The position numbers were made by a program, and so were the translations under genes. 64,000 nt of DNA, taken from contig CAWEYL010000003.1 of assembly GCA_963813335.1 (NCBI GenBank), forward strand, positions 574,372-638,371, given 5' to 3'. The stretch's first letter is position 1. Every line of letters starts with the position of its first letter. This document shows positions 39,014 to 48,756 of this stretch, in pieces. Source of the stretch: an uncultured Chloroflexia bacterium. Lineage in GTDB: Bacteria > Chloroflexota > Limnocylindria > Limnocylindrales > CSP1-4. The notes beneath the pieces are model-generated. The model had not been told where the DNA came from. It worked only from the letters and a program-made list of their open reading frames with translations, and made no database searches.

Positions 39014-40147
39014 ATGCCCCTCATCGACCTGCGCAGCGACACCGTCACGAAGCCCTCGCCGGCCATGCGCCGGGCGATGGCCGAGGCCGAGGTCGGCGAC
39101 GACGTCTTCGGCGACGACCCCACCGTCAACGCGCTGGAGGAGCGGGCCGCGGAGCTGCTTGGCAAGGAGGCCGGGCTGTTCGTCGCCTCCGGCACGATGG
39201 GCAACCTCGTCGCCCAGATGGCCCACCTCGCGCGCGGCCAGGAGACGATCGCCGGCCGCGAGCACCACATGGTGATCGACGAAGCGGCGGGGCACGCGGT
39301 CATCGTGGGGACCAGCATCCGCACGCTCGACGACCGGCCGGACGGGACCATGGACCTCGCGGCGATCGAGGACGCCTTCCGCGACCCGACCGACGCCCAC
39401 GAGCCGATCACCGGCATGATCGGCATCGAGAACACCCATGCGCATTCGATGGGCCAGCCACTGACCCCCGCCTATACCGAGGCGGTCGCGGCGATCGCGC
39501 GCCGGCGCGGGGTGCCGTTCCACGTCGACGGCGCCAGGTTCTGGAATGCGGTCGTGGCCCAGCGCGACGACGGCGTCCGGGCGACCGACCTCGCCGGCCC
39601 CGCAGACACCGTCATGTTCTGCCTGTCGAAGGGGCTCGCCTGCCCGGTCGGCTCGATGGTCGTCGGCTCGAAGGAGGTCATCTGGCGCGCGCGGCGCGCC
39701 CGCAAGATGGTCGGCGGCGGGATGCGCCAGGCCGGGATCCTCGCCGCGGCCGGGCTCGTCGCCCTGTCCGACGGCACGGACGGGATGATCGACCGCCTCG
39801 CCGAGGACCACGCCAACGCACGCCGGCTCGCGGAGGCCCTGAGCGGGATGGACGGCATCGAATCCGCCGGCGGCACCGCCCAGCCGACGCCCGGCCCGCT
39901 CGACCCGGGCCGGGTCCGGACGGACTTCGTGCTGTTCAAGGTCGCCCGCGACCGGGCGGCCTTCCTGGCCGCCCTCCGGGCGCGCGGCGTCCTGATGGTG
40001 GAATATCCGCACGGACAGGTCCGCGCGGTGACGCATTACGGCGTGGACGCGGCCGATATCGACACCATCATCGCCGCGACGCGCGCCGCCCTCGCCGAGA
40101 CCGGTCCGCGACCCGTCTCGCCCGATCCGGTGGCCGCCCCGGCCTGA
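39014..40147 (+). CDS. ltaE: Low-specificity L-threonine aldolase
   Basis: DLRSDTVT, SGTMGN, ENTH, HVDGAR, CLSKGL, GGGMRQAG. Confidence 0.92.
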   Translation: MPLIDLRSDTVTKPSPAMRRAMAEAEVGDDVFGDDPTVNALEERAAELLGKEAGLFVASGTMGNLVAQMAHLARGQETIAGREHHMVIDEAAGHAVIVGTSIRTLDDRPDGTMDLAAIEDAFRDPTDAHEPITGMIGIENTHAHSMGQPLTPAYTEAVAAIARRRGVPFHVDGARFWNAVVAQRDDGVRATDLAGPADTVMFCLSKGLACPVGSMVVGSKEVIWRARRARKMVGGGMRQAGILAAAGLVALSDGTDGMIDRLAEDHANARRLAEALSGMDGIESAGGTAQPTPGPLDPGRVRTDFVLFKVARDRAAFLAALRARGVLMVEYPHGQVRAVTHYGVDAADIDTIIAATRAALAETGPRPVSPDPVAAPA

Positions 40148-40158
40148 CCGAGGGATCC

Positions 40159-41856
40159 ATGACCACCGCCCGCCAGATCGACGATCGACCCCTGCCCCGG
40201 CCGTCCGCGGGCGCCGACGCCGGCCCCGCCGACGAGCGCTTCCACGATGCCGTCGAAGCCCGTTTCCGGCGCGTCGTCGCGACCGACCCGCTGCTCGCGA
40301 CCTGGCTCGGGCTCCACGACGCCGACGACCGGCTGGCCGACGCGAGCCGCGACGCCGTCCTCGGGCAGATCGACGACGAGCGGGCGCACCTGGCCGCGAT
40401 CGAGGCGATCGACGCGTCCGAGCTGTCCGCGGCCGTGCGCTTCGAGCGCGACATCGAGCTCCACAACGTCCGTCGCGAGCTCTTCGACCTCGACGAGCTG
40501 CGGCTGTGGGAGCGGCGCTCCTTCGCCCTGGACACCATCGGCGATTCGCTGTTCCTGCTGTTCGCGCGCGACCACGCCCCGCTCGCCGAGCGGCTGGACG
40601 CGATCGCCGGCCGCCTGGAAGGGGTCGCCGCCTTCCTCGAGGCCTCGAAGACCCGCGCGACGCTTCCGCAGGTCCGCCGCTGGCAGGAGCTCGAGATCGA
40701 CGAGACGCGCACCCTGCCGGGGCTCTTCGCCGAGTTCGTCGCGGCCGGAGCCGGGGTCCTCGGACCGGCTGAGGGCCGGCGGCTCGACCGCGCGGTGGAG
40801 GCCGCCCGGGCCGCCGTCGAGGAGTACGGCACCTGGCTGCGCGGCACGCTGGCCGGCGGGAACGACGACTGGCCCATCGGCCGGGAGCGCCACGACGCCC
40901 TGGTCGCGCACCGGGCGTTCGACGGCCTCGACGCGGACCAGATCCTGGAGCTCGGCTGGCAGAAGCTCGCCGAGGAGCAGGCGGCCCGCGTCGCCGCGGC
41001 CCATGAGGTGGACCCGGACGCCGACGAGCCGACGGTCCTCGCCCGGATCAAGGCCGACGGGCCGGCCGACTTCGCGGCCGCGCTCGGTGCCTACCGCTCC
41101 TCGATGCTGCGCGCCCGCCAGCACCTGATCGACCACGACCTGGTCACGGTGCCCGACGACGAACGGATCGACGTCATCGAGACGCCCGACTTCCTGCGCA
41201 ACGTCATCCCGTTCGCGGCGTACTTCTCGCCGGCGCCGTTCGATGCCGACCCGAAGGGCATCTACGTCGTCACCCCGTCGGTCGGCGACGACCCCGACGC
41301 GAGGCTCGAGCACAACTTCGCGTCGATCAGCAACACCAGCATCCACGAGGCCTACCCGGGCCACCACCTGCAGCTCGACGCGGCCCGCCGGATCCCGTCG
41401 CTGACCCGCCTGCTGACCGACGCCCCGGAGTTCGTCGAGGGCTGGGGGATGTACTCCGAGCTGCTGATGCGCGAGCACGGCTTCGACGACGATGCGCGCT
41501 TCCGGGTCATCCTCCACACCGACGCCATCTGGCGGGCCTGCCGGATGATCCTCGACGTGCGGATGCACCGGGGCGAGCTGACCGTCGAGCAGGCGACGGA
41601 CTTCCTGACCAAGCAGACCGGGTTCCAGCGCAGCAACGCCGCCGCCGAGGTGGGCTGGTACACCTACCGGCCGACCTATCCGCTGTCGTACCTGCTCGGG
41701 CGGACGCTCCTGCTCGGCCTGCGCGCCGACGAGCAGCGCCGGCTCGGCGAGCGGTTCTCGCTCAAAGGCTTCCACGACACCCTGCTCCGCAACGGCTCGC
41801 TCCCGATCAGCTTCCACCGCCGCGCGCTCGCCGGCGAGGGCGCGGTCGGCGGCTGA
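40159..41856 (+). CDS. DUF885 family protein
   Basis: HEAYPGHHLQ, FVEGWGMYSE, SYLLG, FHDTLL..GSLP. Confidence 0.9.
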   Translation: MTTARQIDDRPLPRPSAGADAGPADERFHDAVEARFRRVVATDPLLATWLGLHDADDRLADASRDAVLGQIDDERAHLAAIEAIDASELSAAVRFERDIELHNVRRELFDLDELRLWERRSFALDTIGDSLFLLFARDHAPLAERLDAIAGRLEGVAAFLEASKTRATLPQVRRWQELEIDETRTLPGLFAEFVAAGAGVLGPAEGRRLDRAVEAARAAVEEYGTWLRGTLAGGNDDWPIGRERHDALVAHRAFDGLDADQILELGWQKLAEEQAARVAAAHEVDPDADEPTVLARIKADGPADFAAALGAYRSSMLRARQHLIDHDLVTVPDDERIDVIETPDFLRNVIPFAAYFSPAPFDADPKGIYVVTPSVGDDPDARLEHNFASISNTSIHEAYPGHHLQLDAARRIPSLTRLLTDAPEFVEGWGMYSELLMREHGFDDDARFRVILHTDAIWRACRMILDVRMHRGELTVEQATDFLTKQTGFQRSNAAAEVGWYTYRPTYPLSYLLGRTLLLGLRADEQRRLGERFSLKGFHDTLLRNGSLPISFHRRALAGEGAVGG

Positions 41857-41860
41857 GGCG

Positions 41861-42562
41861 GTGCAGGTCATCCCGGCGATCGACCTCGACGGCGGCCGGT
41901 CGCGGACGGTCTACTGGCCCGGCGCGGCCGCCGGCGTCGGGGCACCCACCGACCGCCCGGAGCGCATCGCCGAGACCTTCGTCGCGCTGGGTGCGCGGGT
42001 GATCCATCTCGTCGACTTCGCCGGCGCCAGAGCCGGCGCGCCGGTCGAGCTCGAGGCGATCGGGTCCATCGCGGCCCGGGTGGCGGTGCCGATCCAGGTC
42101 GCCGGCGGCCTGTCCTCGGCCGATGCCATCCGCCTGGTCTTCGCCGCCGGCGCGACGCGAGCCGTCCTCGGCACGGACATCGCGGACCAGCCCGACGAGC
42201 TGCGGGCATGCCTGACGGTCGCGGGCGACTGGCTGGCGGTCGGCCTGGACCCGCGACCGGAGCGACTGGCCGCCTATCCGTGGAAGCGCCCGGCGCCGCC
42301 GACGGTCGAGACCCTCGTCGCCGAGCTCGTCGGCGCCGGCGTGGGGCGGTTCGTCCTGAGCCACGGCGGGGCGGCGCCGGACCTCGAGCGGGTGCGATCG
42401 CTCGTCCGGACGTACGATGCGGAGATCCTGCTGGCCGGTGGCGTCCGCGACCTCGATGGTCTGCGGCGCGCGCGCGACGCGGGGGTGGCGGGGGTCATCC
42501 TCGGGGAAGCGCTCCTCACCGGCGCCATCGACTACCCCGAAGCGCTCGTCGCGGCCGCGTGA
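41861..42562 (+). CDS. HisA/HisF-like TIM-barrel protein
   Basis: IPAIDL, IHLVD, IQVAGGL, AGGVRD..G.ILGEAL. Confidence 0.8.
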   Translation: MQVIPAIDLDGGRSRTVYWPGAAAGVGAPTDRPERIAETFVALGARVIHLVDFAGARAGAPVELEAIGSIAARVAVPIQVAGGLSSADAIRLVFAAGATRAVLGTDIADQPDELRACLTVAGDWLAVGLDPRPERLAAYPWKRPAPPTVETLVAELVGAGVGRFVLSHGGAAPDLERVRSLVRTYDAEILLAGGVRDLDGLRRARDAGVAGVILGEALLTGAIDYPEALVAAA

Positions 42563-42601
42563 CCCGCCCGCGGCGCGCGCACGACATCACGGAGGCCATC
42601 C

Positions 42602-43387
42602 TTGCCTGACCAGCCCGCCGGGAAACCGACCGGCAAACCGCCCACCGGCTCCGGGTCCCGGCGTCCCACGTCGGGGCCGCGACCGTCGGGAACGTCGAAG
42701 GTCCCGCCCGCGCCGCCGACATCGAGCGTCGGGGGCGTCCCGTGGAAGCCGATCGTCGTCATCGTCGGCGTCATCGCGCTGGCGGTCGTCGGGACGCTGT
42801 TCGTGCTCGGTCGCGGCGGGAGCGGCGGGTCCGGCGGGACCGGCGGCGGCGACACGGTCGCCTGCCCGACCAAGCAGCCGCCGGCGCTGCCGGCCGGCGA
42901 GACCCGGACCGTGACCATGGCCACCGAGAAGGGCACCATGACCATCAAGCTCGAGGCCGACCTGTCGCCGATCGCCGTCGGCAACTTCGCGGCGCTGGTC
43001 GATTGCGGCTTCTACGACGGCGTCGGCTTCCACCGGACCGCCGCGCTCGACGCGAACACGCCGTTCGTCATCCAGGGCGGCGACCCGACCGGGTCCGGCT
43101 CGGGCGGGCCCGGCTACACGATCCAGGACGAGGCGGTCACCGCGCAGTACGGGCGCGGGGTCGTCGCCATGGCCCGCAGCTCGCAGCCGAACTCGGTGGG
43201 GTCGCAGTTCTTCATCGTGCTCTCCGACGCGGCCCGCGACGTGCTGGCGAACTACAACACCTACCAGATCATCGGCCACGTGACGTCGGGCATGGAGGTC
43301 GCCGATGCGATCTTCTCCGCCTCGAACGGCGTCGAGCTGCCCGACAAGCCGGTGAAGATGACCAAGGTCACGCTCGCCATCCCCTGA
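42602..43387 (+). CDS. Membrane-anchored cyclophilin-type peptidyl-prolyl isomerase
   Basis: TM, GFYDGVGFHR, IQGGDPTG, AMAR, GSQFFI. Confidence 0.9.
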   Translation: MPDQPAGKPTGKPPTGSGSRRPTSGPRPSGTSKVPPAPPTSSVGGVPWKPIVVIVGVIALAVVGTLFVLGRGGSGGSGGTGGGDTVACPTKQPPALPAGETRTVTMATEKGTMTIKLEADLSPIAVGNFAALVDCGFYDGVGFHRTAALDANTPFVIQGGDPTGSGSGGPGYTIQDEAVTAQYGRGVVAMARSSQPNSVGSQFFIVLSDAARDVLANYNTYQIIGHVTSGMEVADAIFSASNGVELPDKPVKMTKVTLAIP

Positions 43388-43413
43388 GCCGCCACACCAC
43401 TGGAGGAGGACCC

Positions 43414-43908
43414 ATGACCCGAGCCACCATCGCCACCGAGCTGGGCGACATCGAGGTCGAACTGTACGACCAGAGCGCGCCCAAGGCGGCGGCCAACTTC
43501 ATCGCCCTGGCGAAGAAGGGCTTCTACGACGACGTCGTCTTCCATCGCGTCATCCCGGGCTTCGTCGCCCAGGCCGGCGACGGCCAGTACGGCAAGAAGT
43601 CCGACTTCCGCAAGGGCAGCGTCGGGACCGGCGGGCCGGGCTACAAGTTCGAGGACGAGCCCGTCCAGGGCGACTACGTCCGCGGCGCCCTGGCCATGGC
43701 CAACGCAGGCCCGAACACCAACGGCAGCCAGTTCTTCATCTGCCACCAGGACCTCACCGGCAAGCTCCCGAAGCAGTACACGCTGTTCGGCCAGGTGACC
43801 CGCGGCATGGACGTCGTGGACAAGATCGTCGGCGCCCCGCGCGACAGCCGCGACCTGCCCCACGAACCGGTGGCGATGACCTCGGTGACGATCCTCGACG
43901 AGGCCTGA
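43414..43908 (+). CDS. Cytoplasmic cyclophilin-type peptidyl-prolyl isomerase
   Basis: FHRVIPGF, AMANAGPNTNGSQFFI; GGAGG RBS. Confidence 0.93.
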   Translation: MTRATIATELGDIEVELYDQSAPKAAANFIALAKKGFYDDVVFHRVIPGFVAQAGDGQYGKKSDFRKGSVGTGGPGYKFEDEPVQGDYVRGALAMANAGPNTNGSQFFICHQDLTGKLPKQYTLFGQVTRGMDVVDKIVGAPRDSRDLPHEPVAMTSVTILDEA

Positions 43909-43965
43909 ACGGTTTGTGACGTCCGTCAGGTTAAGGAATTTACATCCGCGAACCTGACAAAACCC

Positions 43966-43994
43966 TTGGAAAACGACCCTCGACCGGCTAGGAT
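43966..43994 (+). promoter_or_regulatory. Sigma70-type promoter
   Basis: TTGGAA-N17-TAGGAT; upstream inverted repeat GTCAGGTT-N18-AACCTGAC. Confidence 0.65.
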
Positions 43995-44000
43995 ATCGAA

Positions 44001-44141
44001 GCTGCTCAGTCAGCCAGCGCTGCCCCAGCGACAAGCTCATGGGTAGGTAGGGTCAGGGTAGTCGGTGCAGCCGACGTGATAGATGGACTTGCCGCGCGGC
44101 AGAAGCGTTCGCTCTAGGGCGGGCTCTTTCACCGGGACAGC
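44001..44141 (+). ncRNA. Candidate structured small RNA (6S-like rod or unknown class)
   Basis: Begins 7 nt after the -10 box; 5' GCTGCTCAGT pairs with 3' ACCGGGACAGC; GCGACAAGCTCAT pairs with ATGGACTTGCCGC; no credible ORF. Confidence 0.6.
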
Positions 44142-44142
44142 A

Positions 44143-44178
44143 TCGAAGCGGCTCCTTCGGGAGCCGCTTCGGCATTTC
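44143..44178 (+). terminator. Terminator-like hairpin
   Basis: CGAAGCGGCTCC-TTCG-GGAGCCGCTTCG followed by GCATTT. Confidence 0.7.
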
Positions 44179-44215
44179 CGGCGTCCGGACCCCGGCAAAG
44201 CCGCAGAATGTTCCC

Positions 44216-44840
44216 ATGCCGGCAGACGTCGACGAGACCGCGCGGGTCCGGGCGATCTGGGACCGACTGGCGCCGACCTACGACCGCGGCGCGGGGTTCG
44301 AGGCTCGTCTCCTCGGTGACGGCCGCGAGTGGGTCGTCGGCCAGGCGAGCCGGCGAGATCCTCGAGATCGGGGTCGGGACCGGGCGCAACCTCCCGCTCT
44401 ACCCGCCCGGAACGCGGCTGACGGCCGTCGACATCAGCCCGCGGATGCTGGCCATCGCGGACGCACAGGCCCGGGCGCTCGGCCTGGATGTCGAGCTCGC
44501 CCTCGCTGACGCGCAGCGGCTGACGTTCGAGGACGCCGCCTTCGACACCGTCGTCTGCACGCTCGTGCTGTGCTCGATCCCCGACGACCGGGCCGCGATC
44601 GCCGAGGTCTTCCGCGTCCTCCGCCCGGGCGGCCGGTTCGTGCTCATCGAGCACGTCCGGAGTCACCACCGCGTCGTCCGCGCCGTCGAGCGGGCGTTGG
44701 AGCGGCGGTCCGTGCCGCGGACCGGGGACCACCTGACGCGCGACCCCCTCGACCACCTGGAGCCGGCCGGCTTCACGGTCGACGTCGCCACGCGGTCGCG
44801 GCTCGGGGTCGTCGAGCGCATCCTCGCCCACCGGCCCTGA
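44216..44840 (+). CDS. Class I SAM-dependent methyltransferase (apparent frameshift ~44350)
   Basis: ILEIGVGTG, VDISPRML, FDTVV, RVLRPGG. Confidence 0.85.
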
Positions 44841-44867
44841 CCGGGCCCGGCGTCGGCGACCCGGAGG

Positions 44868-45239
44868 TCAGCCGGGCTGGAGCACCGCCAGGATGTTGCC
44901 GGCAGGGTCCTTGAACCAGGCGATCGGCGGCCCGTACTCGCGCACGATGCCGCGGGCGTCCTGGGGCGACCCCTCGTAGACCTCGAAGACGATCCCCTTG
45001 GCGGTCAGCTCGTCGACGGCGGCGTCGATGTCGTCGACCGGGAAGTTCAGGACCGTGAACGTCGCCGGCACGTGCGCTTCCTTGGGATAGACGAGGACGC
45101 GGCTGCCGCCGGCGAGGTGGAGCGTCAGCATCCCGTTCTCCTCAGTCACCTCCAGCCCGAGCGTCCCGGCGTAGAACGCGCGGGCGGTCGCGATGTCGTC
45201 GGTGGAGAACCCGGAGAACGCGGGGCTGGTCGCGAGCAC
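44868..45239 (-). CDS. VOC/glyoxalase family protein
   Basis: [28 protein letters not shown]. Confidence 0.9.
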   Translation of the reverse strand: MLATSPAFSGFSTDDIATARAFYAGTLGLEVTEENGMLTLHLAGGSRVLVYPKEAHVPATFTVLNFPVDDIDAAVDELTAKGIVFEVYEGSPQDARGIVREYGPPIAWFKDPAGNILAVLQPG

Positions 45240-45248
45240 GCTCGAAGC

Positions 45249-48200
45249 CTACTCCCAGTCGACCTCCGTCGACACGCCCCGAGGGTCGGCGGCGGTATCG
45301 ACGAGGCCCAGGCGGTAGGCCAGGGCGGCGGCCTCGCCGCGTCCCTTGACGTCGAGCTTGCCGAGGATGTTCGAGACGTGGACGCCGGCGGTGTTCTCGC
45401 TGATGAACAGCTCGGCGGCGATCTGCCGATTCGTCCGCCCGAACGCGACCAGCGCGAGCACCTCGCGCTCGCGCGGGGTCAACCCGAGGCGAGCCCCCTC
45501 GTCGACCTCGGGCTGCGCCTCGTCCGGCTGGTCCGGCTCCATGGTCAGGCGCGCGCGCGACGCGAGGGAGGTCACCTCGCGCGCCAGCGGCTCCGCACGG
45601 AGCCGCGTCGCCACGTCGAGCGCATCGCGCAGCGCGGCTTCGGCCGGCCCTCGGTCACCCTTGGCGGCGAGCCTGGCCTCGGCCTCGCGATAGCGCGCGT
45701 ACGCGGCGGGATACGGTCGTCCGAGCCGGTCCCAGGCCGCCGCCGCGGCGGCCCACGCCGCCCCGTCCGGCCGCCGATGCAGCCGGCTGCCCTCCGCTTC
45801 GCAGAGCAGCAGCCAGACCTCGGACAGCGGAGCCAGGGAGGGAGCGGAGGCGACCGTCTCCGCGTTGCGACCGCGCATCGCCTCGAGCAGGGCGTCGCCG
45901 GTGGCCACCGCCCGGTGCTCCTGGTCCTGCGAGCGCCGCGCGCGCGCCAGCTCGGCGGCGTCGGCGTTGGCCCGCAGCCCGAGGGCGAAGATCTCGCCGA
46001 TATGGATCTCGGGCGAGAACCCGATGAGCCGGATGGCCGACGCGACCTGCGACGCCGCGTCGTCGGGGCGGCCCTCCCACAGCGCCAGCTCGGCCAGGCT
46101 CGCCTGGACCGGACTGATGAACTGGACGTCGGCGGCGCGCTCCGCGAGGCGGGCCAGGGGCCGCAGGTGCTCGGCCGCTTCGGCGAAGCGGCCGCGGGCC
46201 ATGGCGAGCCGCCCGAGCAGCTCCTGCTCGAGGATCTCGTTGATGCCCATCGGGCCCAGCTCGGTCGCCTGGCGCAGGGCCTCCTCGCTCTCGTCCCAGC
46301 GCCCGAGGCGATACAGGTCGTGGCTGATCCCGCAGAGCAGGTGCGTCCCGAAGAAGCGCCGCGCGCCGAGCCGCTCCGTCGTGCGGACACCGACCCACGC
46401 CGCCGCCACGGACTCCTCCAGGCGGCCAGCGACATCGAGCACCCAGACCGCGTTCGCGTGGGCCCGGCCGATGTCGTCGACGCTGTTCACCTCCTCGGCG
46501 ATCTGGAGGGCGGCCCGGAGGTCGTCGAGCGCTTCGTCGATCTCGCCGAAGATGCTTCGACCCTTGCCTCGGGTGTTGAGCGCGTGGCCCTCCACGTCTC
46601 GCGCACCGACCGCCCGCGCGGCCGCCAGCGCGCCGTTCGCCCAGGTGCGCGACTCCTCGAAGCGGTCGCCGAGCATGAGGATCTGAGCAAGTCCGGCCAT
46701 GGCCCGGGCGCGTGCCACGGACGGCGGCTCGACCGGGCTCAGGCGGACGGCCGCCCGGTAGCCCTCCCGGGCGATCTCGCCCTGGCCCGCGATCCAGGCG
46801 CACCGGCCGAGCCGCTCGTTGAGCAGGCTGGCGCGCACCGGGTCGGCGGTCTCGTCGACGAGCCGGATCGCCGACTGGATGAGCGAGACGGCGCGCGCTG
46901 CGTCGTGGAAGCGGGCGACGCCGCCGGCGGCCGCGAGGAGCTCGACCCGGTCGCGCCCGGTCCGCGTCTCGGCATCGGGGACGTGCTCCCAGAGTTCGAG
47001 CGCGCGCTCGTACTGGTCGAGGGCCTCCGGGAACGCGTACCGCCGCTCAGCGGCATCCCCGGCGGCCACGGAGGCCTCGAGGGCGCGCGGCAGGTCGTGC
47101 GCCGCATACCAGTGGTAGGCCAGCTCCGCCGCGCGCGAGGTGTCACCTGCCGCCCGGGCCTCGAGCGTGCGGGCGAACGCCGCGTGCAGCCGGGTCCGCT
47201 CGCCGGGCAGGAGGTCGTCGTAGACCGCCTCCTGGAGCAGCGCGTGGCGGAACGCGTAGCGCTCCGCTCCGGCGGTCGGGTCCGGGATGAGCACCTGGCG
47301 TCCGACGCACTCCCGGAGCGCGTCGTACAGGGCGGCCTCCGGCATGGCGAGGGCACCGGCGAGGAGCGCTGGATCGACCCGCTGGCCGGCGGCCGACGCG
47401 ACGCGCAGGAATTCCTGGGTCGGTTCCGCGAGTTCGGTCACGCGGGATAGCAGGAGGTCCCGCAGCGTCGACGGCAGCTCGGTGGTCCCGTCGGCGCCCG
47501 CCGCGACGAGCAGCTCCTCCGCGAAGAAGGCGTTGCCGCCCGACCGGGCATGGATCGATTCGACGAGGCGGACGTCGAGGTCGTGCCCCGCGATCGCGCG
47601 CAGCTGCTGCGCCGACTCGTCGCGATCGAACGGACCGACGTCGAGCCGCTCGACCCGGCCGGACCGGTCGAGCTCGGCCAGGAACGGCAGCAACGGGTGG
47701 CGCCGGTGGAGGTCGTCCGAGCGATAGGTGAGGACCAGCGCGACCGGCGCGTCGCGCAGGTTGCGGACCAGGAAGCCGAGAAGGTCGCGGGTCGAGCGGT
47801 CGGACCAGTGGAGATCCTCGACGATGACGACCACCGGCGCGATGCCGGCCAACCGGTCCAGGACGCCGAGCAGCAGCTCGAACAGGCGGCCCTGGGCGGA
47901 CCCGGTGTCGAGGCCGGTCTCGGCGCCGTCCGCCGCGGGACCGAGGTCGGGGACGAGCCGCGCGAGCTCGGAACGGCCGTGCCCGACGACCGCGTCGAGC
48001 TGGTCGGGTGAGAGCCGCCGGACGAGTCCGCGCAATGCCTCGACGATCGGGGCGTACGGCAGAGCGCCGTCGCCGAGCACGATGCAGCCGCCGGTCAGGA
48101 CCACGGCGCCGTCGCGTTCGGCGAAATCGGCGAACTCCGACACGAGGCGCGTCTTGCCGACGCCCGCCTCGCCCGCCACGACGATCGCGCTGCTCCGCCC

Positions 48201-48287
48201 CTCGCGGGCGAGGCGAAGGGCGGACCGGAGCCGGTCGTACTCGTTCGAACGGCCGATGAGGACAGGGCTGGAGACGCGGGTCGCCAT
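45249..48287 (-). CDS. Large ATP-binding LuxR family regulator (ATPase-TPR-HTH)
   Basis: GEAGVGKT, VEDLHW, GGNAFF, C-terminal LTPREREVL..HVSNILGKL. Confidence 0.93.
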   Translation of the reverse strand: MATRVSSPVLIGRSNEYDRLRSALRLAREGRSSAIVVAGEAGVGKTRLVSEFADFAERDGAVVLTGGCIVLGDGALPYAPIVEALRGLVRRLSPDQLDAVVGHGRSELARLVPDLGPAADGAETGLDTGSAQGRLFELLLGVLDRLAGIAPVVVIVEDLHWSDRSTRDLLGFLVRNLRDAPVALVLTYRSDDLHRRHPLLPFLAELDRSGRVERLDVGPFDRDESAQQLRAIAGHDLDVRLVESIHARSGGNAFFAEELLVAAGADGTTELPSTLRDLLLSRVTELAEPTQEFLRVASAAGQRVDPALLAGALAMPEAALYDALRECVGRQVLIPDPTAGAERYAFRHALLQEAVYDDLLPGERTRLHAAFARTLEARAAGDTSRAAELAYHWYAAHDLPRALEASVAAGDAAERRYAFPEALDQYERALELWEHVPDAETRTGRDRVELLAAAGGVARFHDAARAVSLIQSAIRLVDETADPVRASLLNERLGRCAWIAGQGEIAREGYRAAVRLSPVEPPSVARARAMAGLAQILMLGDRFEESRTWANGALAAARAVGARDVEGHALNTRGKGRSIFGEIDEALDDLRAALQIAEEVNSVDDIGRAHANAVWVLDVAGRLEESVAAAWVGVRTTERLGARRFFGTHLLCGISHDLYRLGRWDESEEALRQATELGPMGINEILEQELLGRLAMARGRFAEAAEHLRPLARLAERAADVQFISPVQASLAELALWEGRPDDAASQVASAIRLIGFSPEIHIGEIFALGLRANADAAELARARRSQDQEHRAVATGDALLEAMRGRNAETVASAPSLAPLSEVWLLLCEAEGSRLHRRPDGAAWAAAAAAWDRLGRPYPAAYARYREAEARLAAKGDRGPAEAALRDALDVATRLRAEPLAREVTSLASRARLTMEPDQPDEAQPEVDEGARLGLTPREREVLALVAFGRTNRQIAAELFISENTAGVHVSNILGKLDVKGRGEAAALAYRLGLVDTAADPRGVSTEVDWE

Positions 48288-48306
48288 GCCCTCGATTATC
48301 ACGCGC

Positions 48307-48522
48307 TCAGCAGCCCTCGACGATCGATCCCGTGGCGACGGCCGGCTGCTCGCGCCGTCCGAGCCGCTGGATGACGGCCGCGATGCGGGCGCGGAGCGGG
48401 GCTCGTGGCGTCCCGTGGTCATGGCGCGGCTCGATGCCGCGGATCAGGCGGCCATGCTCCGCCTCGTTGAGGAGCTGGTGCATCCGCACTTCGGCGGCGA
48501 TGCCCATGTTGTAGTAGCTCAT
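48307..48522 (-). CDS. Small hypothetical protein upstream of the LuxR regulator
   Basis: AGGAGG RBS, MSYYNMGIAAEVRMHQLLNEAE... Confidence 0.6.
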   Translation of the reverse strand: MSYYNMGIAAEVRMHQLLNEAEHGRLIRGIEPRHDHGTPRAPLRARIAAVIQRLGRREQPAVATGSIVEGC

Positions 48523-48680
48523 CTGGAACCTCCTGGCCGGCATCCGTGTCGGCACCCTGAAGATTCGGGCTAACGGCGGGGGGAGCACATCACGATGACT
48601 CGTTATTTCCCGCTCCGGACACGCGTATTCGTGGTGGTGTCGGCCCCTGCCGGGCGCGACGCCGTATCATGGGCGGCCGC

Positions 48681-48756
48681 GCGCCTGTAGCTCAGTGGAT
48701 AGAGCGTTGGGTTCCGGACCCAAAGGTCGCAGGTTCGAGTCCTGTCGGGCGCGCCA
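48681..48756 (+). tRNA. tRNA-Arg(CCG)
   Basis: GCGCCTG..CGGGCGC-G-CCA, anticodon arm TTGGG-TTCCGGA-CCCAA, GGTTCGAGTCC; TATCAT -10 upstream. Confidence 0.97.

Noticed and set aside
44050-44076. SRP RNA (GGTCAGG...GCAGCC resembles domain IV)
   Set aside because: The GNRA-capped hairpin between CAGG and AGCAG is missing
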